Shown here piece by piece: positions 1 through 12,724 of a stretch of DNA of 64,000 nt. The position numbers and the translations under genes were made by a program. The stretch spans positions 8,618,001 to 8,682,000 of the forward strand of contig CATNEN010000025.1 of assembly GCA_950097015.1 (NCBI GenBank), in the 5' to 3' direction. Each line of letters begins with the position of its first letter. Within the stretch, counting starts at the first letter, position 1. The notes beneath the pieces were generated by a model that was not told where the DNA came from, searched no databases, and worked only from the letters and a program-made list of their open reading frames with translations. This stretch comes from Macrostomum hystrix (Eukaryota > Animalia > Platyhelminthes).

Positions 1-1098
1 ATCGGGCTAATATGTGGATAAGTCGGAAATTTGCTGGTCAAACAACTCCTCTCTGTTTCTGTTCCACTTTCAGGATTTTTCCACATTCGGGAACTTTTCT
101 TGGGTTTCTTGTAAAGATTTTATAAATAGCTCCAAATCCGATTGCAGTCTTTATATTTGGAACATATACTCGTAAGTCCCACCTTCTACGTCCTAAATTT
201 GGGTCGCAGGCCAGAAGCACACAATATAAAGCTGTCATGTTATTAAAATATTTGAATGCGAAAACCTGAACCCTGTTCTCATTTTCACTTATTCCACCTT
301 CCACTGCGCATCACGTGACAAAGAACTGCTATCCGTGTTTGCACTTTTGCACCATCACTAACCATAATGCTATACACAATTAGCCTATTAGGAGGCTTTA
401 TATTTACTGTTAAAATGATTATGAATAACGATTACGATTAACAAGCAGTAATTATGTAATTGTATGCAAAGCTACATTATATTATCCTTATCCTTATCCT
501 TAGGCTTAGATATTAAAAATGCGGATCTTAGATCTAAGAAAAATAAGATCGGAATTACGAGTACTACTCACAGCAATTTGGACTTCAATTGTTATAAACT
601 TTAAAAACCTGCATTTTGAATACATGTAGTCGTTCCAAAATGGTTAACTATAAACTTTATTAAACAAATGAATTATTAAGTTTCGGAGAAGCTAAAATGA
701 AAATTCATTTTATACTAAACATTCGACATATCCTTTATTTATATTTATGAGACACGATAAAGTAAAAAATAGAGATGTTGTTGACCAATCGGTTGTCTAG
801 TAAGTTAGTGAATTGCTCAGCACGTTAGGCACAGAATTAGGCTAAATTTGATTAGCGCGGTTCTCTGCTGAACAACCCACTACCTCACCGGCGACAAAAT
901 GCCTCTTTCGCTATCATGATATCATCTTTCGTGCAAAAAAACAGCGAAAACTGGCAATAAATAATGCTTTTAACCGATTATTTTATGGGTGGGGCTTCTA
1001 AAACTGACTTACCAGACTGGAAATATCGCTGTGAATCAGTGTTATGAGTTATGACGCGCACTCACTCGAGTTGCGGTTGCAAATCAATGGTAGGGTCG

Positions 1099-1542
1099 TG
1101 TCAATTTTCGGGAGTAACGGGGCTTAAAAGAGGCGGACAGGAGACTCCCACTTAAAATGAAATAAAAGATACACGGATTGTTGTTGTTCAATATGGGAGA
1201 ATGGAGAGAGGGCATGCGTGCGCGAGACGGAGAACGGGCGGGCCTCCGTTTATTGAAGAGAAAGCCTCCTCTGGGGGTTGGTGGTGGGTCTGGGGTAAGG
1301 CTTGACGTCAGTTACTATAAATAGCCTATGGGGTGAGATCGGGTTGGGTTGGATGGCAAGGGAAGCCAGAAAGCGGGAGGGGGTGGGCAATCCCGCGACC
1401 CAATAAGGCTCTGAGGTTTTGGGTGGGGTGGCTGGCGCGAATGGAATTGGAATTGGGTGGAGAAGGGCCAGACGAAGGGTTGAAACGAGGGGCTGGAGTT
1501 ACAGATAGAGAGAAGCAGCAAAAGCTACCCGATGGTGGGACA
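1099..1542 (-). mobile_element. Candidate solo LTR
   Basis: GC/purine-rich island in AT-rich DNA bounded by TGTC (1099) and GACA (1542) with imperfect inverted ends. On the minus strand a TATA-like TATTTATA (~1316-1323) precedes AATAAA (~1249-1254), the U3-R-U5 order. No TSD found. Confidence 0.3.
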
Positions 1543-2023
1543 AATTCTAGATAGTTTAGATTTAGATTAGAAGATACGCTACGCTGTCAATGCACACAAA
1601 ACAGTATAAACTGACAGACAACACAAGCGACAAGTCAACGCTTAATATTCTAGCAAAATGATTGTTTTCGCAAATTTTACAAAAATCAATTTGAGAGCGC
1701 TTTGTAACAGTTTTATAAGTCATTATTGCTTATTATTAGAATGGGATTAGACTGTCTCTGAATTGTTGCCAGGGCCTGGCGCTCTATTTGAAAGCATTCA
1801 TGCTTTCATTGTTGATTGCTCTTCACATTTTACCATATGTGAGGAGCCTTTATCCTATATTATCCAATGCCATTTCGTAAAGGAGGTCTGTGTGGGCTGA
1901 CTTGCACCCTAAGGCAGCAAAATATTTAATAACGAATTTTTACTAGGCAATATTATTTGGGGATGCTGACTAGCTTTTGAAGTTATTTGGAGTTCGGACT
2001 TTGGAGTTGGACTTTAAACGCAT

Positions 2024-2190
2024 ACTCACGAACTCATGAACTCATGAACTCATGAACTCATGAACTCATGACCTCATGAACTCATGAACTCATGAACTCA
2101 TATACTCATGAACTCATGAACTCATGAACTCATGAACTCATGAACTCATGAACTCATGAACTCATATACTCATGAACTCATGAACTCTTG
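2024..2190. repeat. 8-bp tandem repeat (GAACTCAT)n
   Basis: About 20 near-perfect copies read directly. Confidence 0.95.
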
Positions 2191-2399
2191 AAATAATAAA
2201 CCCATGAACTCACGAACTAACGAACCAATGAACTCAGAAACTCAGTAAGTAATTCAGGAACTATGGAACTCAGAAAATCAAGAAAACATGACCCACAAAC
2301 CCAGCAATGAACATTTGTACACTCACGCTCACGGATTGTGAGTGATTTAATTGCTATCAGAAATTAGACTCTAACAACTAAATCATTCAAGAGTTCACT

Positions 2400-3995
2400 C
2401 ACTGAGCCATGAATTCAATTACCGACCCATGAATTCCCTCACTGACCCATGAATTCCATCACCGACCCATGAATTCCCTCACTGACCCATGAATTCCCTC
2501 ACTGACCCATGAATTCCCTCACTGACCCATGAATTCCCTCACTGACCCATGAATTCCATCACTGACCCATGAATTCCCTCACTGACCCATGAATTCCCTC
2601 ACTGACCCATGAATTCCCTCACTGACCCATGAATTCCCTCACTGAATTCACTCACTGACCCATGAATTCCCTCACTGACCCATGAATTCCCTCACTGACC
2701 CATGAATTCCCTCACTGACCCATGAATTCCATCACTGACCCATGAATTCCCTCACTGACCCATGAATTCCCTCACTGACCCATGAATTCCCTCACTGACC
2801 CATGAATTCCCTCACTGACCCATGAATTCCCTCACTGAATTCACTCACTGAGCCATGAATTCAATTACCGACCCATGAATTCCCTCACTGACCCATGAAT
2901 TCCATCACTGACCCATGAATTCCCTCACTGAATTCACTCACTGAGCCATGAATTCAATTACCGACCCATGAATTCCCTCACTGAACCATGAATTCCATCA
3001 CTGACCCATGAATTCCCTCACTGAATTCACTCACTGAGCCATGAATTCAATTACCGACCCATGAATTCCCTCACTGACCCATGAATTCCATCACTGACCC
3101 ATGAATTCCCTCACTGAATTCACTCACTGAGCCATGAATTCAATTACCGACCCATGAATTCCCTCACTGACCCATGAATTCCCTCACTGACCCATGAATT
3201 CCCTCACTGAATTCACTCACTGACCCAAGAATTCCCTCACTGACCCATGAATTCCCTCACTGAATTCACTCACTGACCCAAGAATTCCCTCAATGACCCA
3301 TGAATTCCCTCACTGAATTCACTCACTGACCCATGAATTCCCTCACTGAATTCACTCACTGACCCATGAATTCCCTCACTGAATTCCCTCACTGACCCAT
3401 GAATTCACTCACTGGCCCATGAATTCACTCACTGACCCATGAATTCACTTACTGACCCATGAATTCCCTCACTGAATTCACTCACTGACCCATGAATTCC
3501 CTCACTGAATTCACTCACTGACCCATGAATTCCCTCACTGAATTCACTCACTGACCCATGAATTCACTCACTGACCCATGAATTCCCTCACTGAATTCAC
3601 TCACTGACCCATGAATTCACTCACTGACCCATGAATTCCCTCACTGAATTCACTCACTGACCCATGAATTCACTCACTGACCCATGAATTCCCTCACTGA
3701 ATTCACTCACTGACCCATGAATTCCCTCACTAAGTTCACTCACTGAATTCACTCACTGAATTCACTCACTGACCCATGAATTCACCCACTGACCCATGAA
3801 TTCACTCACTGACCCATGAATTCCCTCACTGACCCATGAATTCCCTCACGGACCCATGAATTCACTCACCGACCCATAAATTCCCTCACTGAGTTCACTC
3901 ACTGACCCATGAATTCACTCACTGACCCATCAATTCACTCACTGACCCATGAGTTCACTCACTGACTCATAAATTCAGTCACTGACTCATGAATT
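2400..3995. repeat. Composite minisatellite, 20-bp unit ACTGACCCATGAATTCCCTC with shorter ACTGAATTCACTC variants
   Basis: Continuous tandem array of about 1.6 kb; variant units become more frequent to the right. Confidence 0.95.
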
Positions 3996-4432
3996 TTAAT
4001 CATCTAATCATGAATTACATGAACTCAGGAATAAATTCTTGCTGATATTCTTAACTCATTGCTTCGCTTTGTAACTCAGACGCAATTTTTAGAAGCATGG
4101 TCAAGAATGAATGCGAGTTATATTTGTATTTTGTCTGGAGTAGCAGACTGATAAACGATTGCACTATCAACATGAGCATGCATGAGCTAGAATGGGGCTT
4201 GCTGTTTGAATCTTTTACGGTCTGGGGTCAGTCACTCTGCAGGGACAGACTGTTCCACCTAACAGGTTGAGTCCTGCACAAATGCAAAGCCCAAATTTTC
4301 ACTGACTCATGCTCAGACTGCGAGTCACAGGCGCAGCTGCTGTATCGTAAATTATTCTTGCTGCCAAAACTTTTTTTGAAAAAAGTGTATTGGCCTGAAG
4401 AGTTTAAGGCCCTAATACTCGCATAAGCTGAC

Positions 4433-4822
4433 TGTTTACTAACAGGTGAAATCCGTTTCTCACAGCTGAAATCCGTTTTTCATAGGTGAAATCCATTTCC
4501 TACCAGGTGAAATCCGTTTCTCACAGGTGAAATCCGTTTCCTAACAGGTGAAATTCGTTTCTCACAGGTGAAATCCATTTCCTAACAGGTGAAATCCGTT
4601 TTTCATAGGTGAAATACATTTCCTAACAGGTGAAATCCGTTTCTCACAAGTGAAATCCGTTTCTTACAGGTGAAATCCGTTTCTCACAGGTGAAATCCGT
4701 TTTTCACAGGTGAAATCCGTTTCTCACAGGTAAAATCAGTTTCTCACAGGTGAAATCTGTTTCTCACAGGTGAAATCCGTTTCTCACAGGTGAAATCCGT
4801 TTCTCACAGGTGAAATCCGTTT
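4433..4822. repeat. 20-bp minisatellite CAGGTGAAATCCGTTTCTCA
   Basis: About 19 copies read directly. Confidence 0.95.
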
Positions 4823-5920
4823 GCTAAGAGGTAAACAGGTGGCTTGAGTTTTAGCAGGTGTACCCTGTTTGTATCCTGTGTACCCTGTTTATGTAAAACT
4901 TACATAAAGAAGCAAACCTATAAATCCCAAAAAACTAACCAAAATGTACCCCTAAACCCAATCTTAACAGTTGTGCGCTCTCACCGGATTATTTATTTTT
5001 ATCTGCAAATCTAATAGCATATTTTCTATTTATTTGTTAAGTGCGCAAAGGATGCTAGCGAGATGCTTACGTAGCTACTTTAAGTAGTCATGCATGAACT
5101 TCTACGTTTGCAATAAAAAAATGTACAAAATATAAACATAACGAACCATTTGTGGCTAAGTTAGAGTCACTTTCGGGAAATAGTAAGTCGTACATTAAAA
5201 ATTTGGATTCTCCCCTTTAATTCATTGTTAGTTACTCGTAATGATTCGTGAAACGTCAGCAAGCTCAGCGTATCCCAAATAATAGTAGTTTAAACTGAAG
5301 ATTTATGATGCAGGGTATATAATATGAGTAATCGAATGCTAAGTCACGTTCTCAACTTCTGTGTAAATTTATGGAGGATTTGGTAATTACGAGCTAGTAA
5401 TAAACTTCACAAATGCTCTATAAGAATACTTCATGCTCATTTTTTGGCAGTAACTGCGCATGTATTCTCTATAACTTAGAAAAATCCTCGAATGCATAAA
5501 GGGCAAGAGATAACGCAAAGCTGTTTCTATAGCAACCGCGCGACTTCAGCCACGGAGTCAGCTTATTTATTGCACAGTTTTGAGTAGGACGAATCTGAGC
5601 TCAGCTCTGTGTGTGCTCAGTGTGGCAGAAGATAGCTCTCAAAGATTAAACGATCTCACAACTCTAAGCACATACTCGGTTTAAACGGCTTCACTGCACA
5701 TGAGCACTCTTTACCTACTGCCCATCTCACTGTATATTTTAACCATTCCAAAGCTAAGAAGTCACTGGCTGCGACCAGCACAGAAAAAATTAAATGTCGT
5801 CTATTGGCTATTTGCACTAAGCTTATTTTGTTAGTTTGAGAACAAGTTAGCATATAGGTAATTATAGAGAGCCATAGAGTCAAGCTCTCAAGCTTGCCTA
5901 CATCAAAGAAGATCTGAGTG

Positions 5921-8900
5921 ATGAGTTTCACCGACCGCGTCATCAGCCTGTGCGAGACGGCACCGGATGAGCGTAGCGAAGAGGAAATCGAATACGTGGC
6001 CAGGTGGATCGGCTCCAGTAGCTCGTATTTTCGCAAGCTTCGAAACAAAGGTGCGCACAACTTCGGCATGTTGCTCCATGTTTTCTGTATCGCACAACAC
6101 ATTTCCATCGCATTGTCTTCAATCAATTTACGAATAGCATTCATTGAACAAGAAACTTTGCAGGCCGATCGTCAGAGTTCTAGCCTACGCTCGTAGATCT
6201 TTCAGCTTGACGTTGACAGAAATAAAGTGCAATTTCTGGTTCAATGGTCGCCTTTGGCACATTCACGATGTTTTTCTCTGCCAATCTCCACTGTATTAGA
6301 CACATCTCGGATATCTCCAAGCTTGTCTTCACAGAGTCACACAGACAGTCAGACAGAGTTAGACAGTGCTTGGGTGGGACAAAAAAGGCAATAATTATTT
6401 TTGCAGATGCCATCCGTGAGGTCGTTCGCGATTGTCATCTGCAGAGATTTCGATCCAACGAACTGATCATCAGACAGGGAGAGAAGGGCGACAGTTTCTA
6501 CCTGGTCATCATCGGCCGGGTGTCTGTCTACGTAAACAGCACACTTGAGCAAGCCACAGCTCTGGAAAAGCTCGCCAACGAACCCAGCTCGGAGTTAGCT
6601 GGACATTCAGCTAGCGCAACCACACAAGCGCACACGGCTGCTGATGGTGGCACCGACGAGCAGGACGAGGCAGACGACGCCCAGGAGGACGTCGATGTTG
6701 CTTTCCGCGATGCCGACCAGTTCGGCAACGACAGCGAGGAGTTACGCAGTCGCGTGCTCGGAGCTCACGTACTTCAGATGGGCGAAGGCTATGCCTTTGG
6801 CGAGATCGCCCTCACCAGCCCCAACAGCATCCGCAAGGCGTCCGTCATCTGCGACGAGGACGCTGCCGTGTTGGTCATTCACCAGCTATCATTTGCCAGG
6901 ACGCTGAAAGCCTACCAGCTACAAGAGTACCAGATGATTGACAGGTTCATTGACACCTGTCCAGTGTTCGCCAACTGGCGACCGAAGCAAAGGCAGAGTC
7001 TGCGCAACAGTCTGCACCGGGAGGTCTACGGCTTCGGCGAGCCCATCGTGCAGCAGGGACAACAGAGCGGTGGCCTATTCTTCATTGTGGGGTGAGTTGC
7101 ATGTCAATTTGTTACTTTTGGTATATGGTACATCTTAATAAAAGGAGAAAATCAGTTTTAAGTTCGTCTACTAACGGAGAACATCAGGTGAGAATGAATA
7201 AAATCACCCTTAGAATCGTACTCCAGTAGTCCAGCCACCAGTCAAATATTCCCTAACCATCACATCCCGCCGACCCGTTATCCCATGTAGCTGTTGCATT
7301 AAAACCAGAGTGACGCTGTTTCTGAATTGCACTGCCCCGCCAAACGGGGTTAGCGTCAATTTTATTAACAATTCAGGGCCTCTTTGGTCACAATAGCTTC
7401 CCCTACGATCGACCGCTGCAGCGAGAGACCAAGGGGGAAGTGGTTGATGTAGCGAGGGGATGGAAAAAGTATTGGGTGGAGAGACGGAGGCCGGCGAGTG
7501 GCAAACTGTTGAAACTTGTTCGCCCTTGGACAGAGGGGGCCCTATACGGAAGGACATCAGACCTTGGTTTCCATGCCAACCGGCCCTGTTCAGCTGGAAA
7601 TTCTATCCCATCTGCTGCTTCTATTGCGCTCTCTTCATCGCACCTAACATCTCCAATGCATACTCAATAAATTGCAAAAGAAATATTTAATGATAGTCGC
7701 TATCAACATCGTATCCAACCGGCTCAGGGGATCCGTGAAGCTACTTGCCGATCCAACAAAGTGGCCGGCGAGCATTCAGAAGAACGCAGACAAAGAGGGC
7801 GCATCACCTTCACCGGCCAGAGCGGCGCCGGCTCCTGCGGCAGTTCAGGCAGGCCTTCTGCGTCACCGCCAGGGTTATCAGGCAGCCGAGCAGAGGGTGC
7901 GCAATCGCCAGGTAGAAATCGCCCTGCTGGGCGAAGGTGAAATCCTCGGACAGGTCGAACTGCTGGCCAACTTCAGCGAAAGCCTGACCACAGCGGTCAG
8001 TGCAGACCAAACCTACGGCTACTGGCTCAACCGCGCCAACTGCCGGCGCCTGTTGGCTCGCAACAGACCCGCACTCGCCCAGCTGCGCCACACAATCCTG
8101 CTGCGCCTCCAGTCGCGCTCTCAGCGCGCTCCCCTGATGCGCCGCCTCGGCCAGGATCCTCGCGTTGCTGGCGGCGTTGCGGCTGCGGCGGCAGCGGCGG
8201 CAGCGGCAGCAGCAGCTGCTGCAGCCACCACTGATCCCGTGGCAGCCGGCGAGCAGCAGCGTCTGCTGCAACAGAAACAGCGGCAGACGCTGCTGATGCA
8301 CACTCGCAAGCAGCCGCCGTCTGGCGACCTACTCTGGCAGCACATGCTGGCCATGTACGTTGAGGGTCGCGGAGAGCTGGGCCCGGCTCCCGTGGATGCG
8401 TCGCTGTATTACCGCCACATGTGCCGGGTGAATGCCGAGCGGAGGCGGCAACTCAGAGAGCGAGCCAGACCAGCAAGACTTTTAGCGTCAATGCAGGAGG
8501 ATGAGGCTGAAGATGAGGCTGGTCTTGATTCTGAAACGCAAGGGAAGCAGCGGCAGTCGCGGCTGACAGAGCATCAGCAGCCGCCTAGGCGGACGGTTCC
8601 CAGGAGTCTCCGATTGCTGAAGAGGGAGCTGGAAGCCTCAGGTGGCGGAAGCCTCATAAACACTCGTAAATACTCGTACTTTTGCCACTCTAGGACACGT
8701 TTCTCCATCTTCTGAGAAGAAATTCAATTGAAGTGCGATGCAGAGAAAACTAGGTCATTTGGTCATAGTCAACCCGCAGCCAGCGTGGAGGCAGTTCTGT
8801 CCGTTCCGCTGACTCCCGAACACACACACACACACACAGACAGTCGTGTGCATCTGTCCGGAATTTTTCAAATGAATGTGGCCTCGCGGAGGATTCGAGT

Positions 8901-9667
8901 TCCCCAGGGACCTTGTTGCGAGAGTCGGATGCGTTGCAACTCCGCTATTTCCCTCGCGTACTGTACATCTAAGGCTGATTGAATGATTAAATGTAGAGCA
9001 CTAGATTGAGAAGCGAGCAACCTCAAACTCTCCCACTCGCAGATCAGCGCCAGTCTCCTCTTGAAGACGCTAACAGGGCGGCCTTCCGTCCAGTTGAATC
9101 GAACAAGAAGCCGAGTCCTGAAAGCGGCGCTGCCTCCGCTGCCGTCTCTCAGCCCAACAGTGCCATGTGGGCGCCCAGCTTGATCTCAAGCGCAAGCGTG
9201 CCACGGCTTCTCACCGACTTTGAGTTGTCCAAGGCGCATCTCCGACTCATTGAGCGTCGAATCGAAGCCTTCTGCTCCGACACCTCTGGCGTTGTTGGTG
9301 GCGGAAGCGGCGCCAGCGGCGGCGGCAGCAAGGCTCACAAGCCGCATGTGGAGCCTCTACTGCGTCTGCCGGTAAGAATCATCATGCAAGATGGATAAAG
9401 AACAATGATGTCATATTCACGACTTATCACTGATTATTTCATTTCGCACTCATGCAGGACGTTGAAATTCAAAGGCGCCGGCTCCGAGGTAGTCGGGTCC
9501 TTGTCAAGACTAAGCAGTGCTCGATTAATGCGGCCAACGGTCAGCAGGTTCTAGGCCACAGTCACGTGACTAACCACCTGGTGCAGAGCCTGCCCGACTG
9601 GGACAAGAAGGTACTGCGTGCACGGCGGGAGCGACTGCGCCAGCTGGAACAAATGAGCTACGCTTGA
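5921..9667 (+). CDS. Cyclic-nucleotide-binding domain protein (CNBD2-like), about 5 exons: 5921-6050, 6407-7091, 7728-~8670, ~9000-9371, 9458-9667
   Basis: Two cNMP-binding signatures: IIRQGEKGDSFYLVIIG...GYAFGEIAL...RKASV and IVQQGQQSGGLFFIVGGSV...GEILGQVELL. GT-AG junctions 6050/6407 (phase 1), 7091/7728 (phase 2) and 9371/9458 (phase 0) keep frame. The exon 3/4 junction is not resolved. Confidence 0.8.
8725..8965 (-). mobile_element. tRNA-derived SINE copy, internally deleted, in a CNBD intron
   Basis: Reverse complement matches 43430-43790 at the head (GACTCTCGC..AAGGTCCC...GCGAGGCCACATTCATTTG), the (GT)n tract and the tail (GGAGTCAGCG.AACGG.CAGAA.TGCCTC...GCTGCGGGTT...ACCAAATGA). The middle of about 150 bp is missing. 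Confidence 0.75.
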
Positions 9668-9744
9668 GATCACCGACGTCAGGTTCCTAGAGAGGCTTAA
9701 TTGAAAACTGGTCACGGCAAATCACCCTGCTTCCTCTGTCTGCT

Positions 9745-10190
9745 TGCTCTCTCCTCCTTCCATCCTTCCTTCCTTCCATCCTTCCTTCCTTCCATCCTTC
9801 GTTCCATCCTTCCTTCCTTCCTTCCTTTCTTCCATCCTTCCTTCCTTTCTTTCTTCCATCCTTCCTTCCATCCTTCCTTCCTTTCTTTCTTCCATCCTTC
9901 CTTCCATCCTTCCTTCCTTTCTTTCTTCCATCCTTCCTTCCTTTCTTTCTTCCATCCTTCCTTCCTTTCTTTCTTCCATCCTTCCTTCCTTTCTTTCTTC
10001 CATCCTTCCTTCCTTTCTTTCTTCCATCCTTCCTTCCTTTCTTTCTTCCATCCTTCCTTCCTTTCTTTCTTCCATCCTTCCTTCCTTTCTTTCTTCCATC
10101 CTTCCTTCCTTTCTTTCTTCCATCCTCCCTTCCATCCATCTTTCCTTCCTTCCATCCATCCTTCCTTCCTTCCTTCCTTCCATCCTTCAT
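9745..10190. repeat. Pyrimidine-rich (TTCC/TTTC/ATCC)n microsatellite
   Basis: Read directly; explains ORFs 9687-10292. Confidence 0.95.
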
Positions 10191-11005
10191 AAGTTTCTTT
10201 CAAATCAGAGGTGTTTGGTTTTTATGGCTTTGAGCTTAAAATGTTCCGTTTTTTATGTCTGTGATTATTTATTTCCAATCTCAGCAAGCTGATCAATTAT
10301 ACGAGTACTTTCTGACACATTTAGTTTCTGTCAGAAAAGCAAGATTTTTCTAATGACTATAATTGATTACACATTGCGATACCTGAATGATTGGAAATTT
10401 GATTTAGTGGTTCACCAAATTGATTAGTTTCTCGATATTTACATAATCATGAAGATTTTTTCCTTTTTTCTATTGTATCCTATTGTTAGATGTCTGATGG
10501 AATATCTCATTATAAACGAAATACTAACGTGACTATTCACTTTTAAACCACAGTCACTGCAATTAATTTAGCTCAGCAAAATTTCTAGCCACTTTTATAT
10601 GATACTCTGCTGATAACTCAGCGAAATTGTTATCAAAGTTAGGCTATTAATAAATAATTGATTATGCACACAGGATTCATACTTGAGTAATTAACCCATA
10701 TGAAATCAATGAGTGAGATAGCTTCGATTGATTAATTATCGATTTCATACATTAAGCTGCCACGATAAATAAAAGACTCATGCGCACCTGTGCTTCATTA
10801 TTTTTTGGAAATGCAATTTTTCGCGACGGCTTTACAAAGAAATATTCCGGCATGCTCTACTCTCTGTAAGTAAGATGGTAGAGAACAAACCAATCACAAC
10901 TCCAAGCCTCTTGTGTCCATACAACTGATTGTTCGCCTAAAGTATCTATCAAGTATGTCAACAGCCTCTGATTATCGATACAAATCAGTTCACAAATGTG
11001 GTCTG

Positions 11006-11562
11006 CAGAGAGCATCTCAGAGCATGCTGTCATCTCAGAGCATGATGTCCTCTCAGAGCATGCTGTCCTCTCAGAGCATGCTGTCATCTCAGAGCATGCT
11101 GTCCTCTCAGAGCATGCTGTCATCTCAGAGCATGCTGTCATCTCAGAGCATGCTGTACTCTCAGAGCATGCTGTCATCTGAGAGCACACTGTTATCTCAG
11201 AGCATGCTGTCATCTGAGAGCACACTGTTATCTCAGAGCATGCTGTCATGTCAGAGCATGCTGTCATGTCAGAGCATGCTGTCATCTCAGAGCATGCTGT
11301 CATCTCAGAGCATGCTGTCATGTCAGAGCATGCTGTCCTCTCAGAGCATGCTGTCATCTGAGAGCACACTGTTATCTCAGAGCATGCTGTCATCTCAGAG
11401 CATGCTGTCATCTCAGAGCATGCTGTCATCTCAGAGCATGCTGTCCTCTCAGAGCATGCTGTCATCTCAGAGCATGCTGTCATCTCAGAGCATGCTGTAC
11501 TCTCAGAGCATGCTGTCATCTGAGAGCATGCTGTCATCTCAGAGCATGCTGTCATCTGAGAG
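11006..11562. repeat. 18-bp minisatellite TCAGAGCATGCTGTCATC
   Basis: About 31 copies; explains the SEMTAC and SSQSML ORFs. Confidence 0.95.
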
Positions 11563-12724
11563 TTGACGTATTGGGTCAAACCTTTACAAAAAATCATACT
11601 GGAATCCAGCCATTTTAACTTCTCTAAAAGTAAATTATTTCTCTATAGGCTTTGGGGAACAAAGTATTTAAAAATGCATTAAAACATTTCCTTTATTAAA
11701 CTACAAGGGTACATGTATCTCTGTCTGCAAAAAGTCCTGCCTTGTACACTGCCCTGATTATTTTTTAAAACGTCGTATTGTAATATAGCCATAAATTTAG
11801 CTGTTTAGCGGAAAGCTACATCGGCACGGTGTGTGAGATTTGCTTAGCAACCAGGTAGACAAAAAAATCAACAGTCAGTCCGCGCGCTCCTAATCTTATG
11901 TCTCCCAAACGCCCGACCCGCTAGACGAGTTGCATCTGAGTTTCATTTTTTTCTCAGCCAACCCCTGGTTCTACCCTGGTTTGCAGTCGGCGTGCATCAG
12001 TCCCGCCTTCAGTTCGTATTTTCTAATAAAATATTCCACTAATTGAGTCGCTTAAGTTGCCTGTCCAGCATTCCGGTCTCCAACAAAGGTCCACACAGTT
12101 TTAATCCTGCAAATCGGAGTTAAACAGAATCTGCAAGTTCTCTTTTACTCTTCCTCATCTCCCATTTTTCCCGCACTCAACGTGGAGGAAGGGAGCAGGC
12201 GCGGACGGCATGGGCAGAAACTGGAGGCTGAAGAACAATGAACAGGTTGCTGGCTCTCCGCTGCTTTGTCAAGCGACTGGCTTAAAACTCCGTCTGCGGA
12301 GCCTCTGCTGGCCGCAGCCCTGTGGTGGATGGCAGGCCGGGGGATAGGAAGAATTCTCCACTGGCTTCGCGGGCTCCCCTCCGTAGGCCTTCTCCTCCGT
12401 CTCTCTTCCCGCCGCGAAGCCTGCTGGGCACGTGTGTAAGAGAAAAGGTTGAGACTCGCAGAGCATGGACTCTCCGATGGGGAATGTTGGGAAGTGTAGA
12501 GGCGGCGAGGGGAAGCGCGGTTTTCTGGGGAGGGGACGGCAGTTTGGGAGAGCGATGGAAGTGGCTTATTGGGTCGGCTATTTCAAGTCTGTAGGGCAGC
12601 TACCGTTTTTTCATGGAGTTGTGAGCAGAGCTGAAGCATTACAAATTCTTGGCCTCCTTGGCTTTGTCCACACCTGTTTCCGAATCTCAATCTCGCAGAC
12701 ATAGACACTGTAATAGTAGAAGGC

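Noticed and set aside
38-304. 88-aa minus-strand ORF beside promoter-like TGCGCA/TCACGTGA motifs
   Set aside because: It may hold the first exons of a gene leaving the window, but no frame or product could be supported.
9687-10292. Lys/Arg/Glu-rich and Pro/Ser/Phe-rich ORFs (also 58469-59655)
   Set aside because: Translations of purine/pyrimidine microsatellites.
10857-11597. Cys/Met-rich SEMTAC repeat protein
   Set aside because: An 18-bp minisatellite open in several frames, with no credible start or signal peptide.
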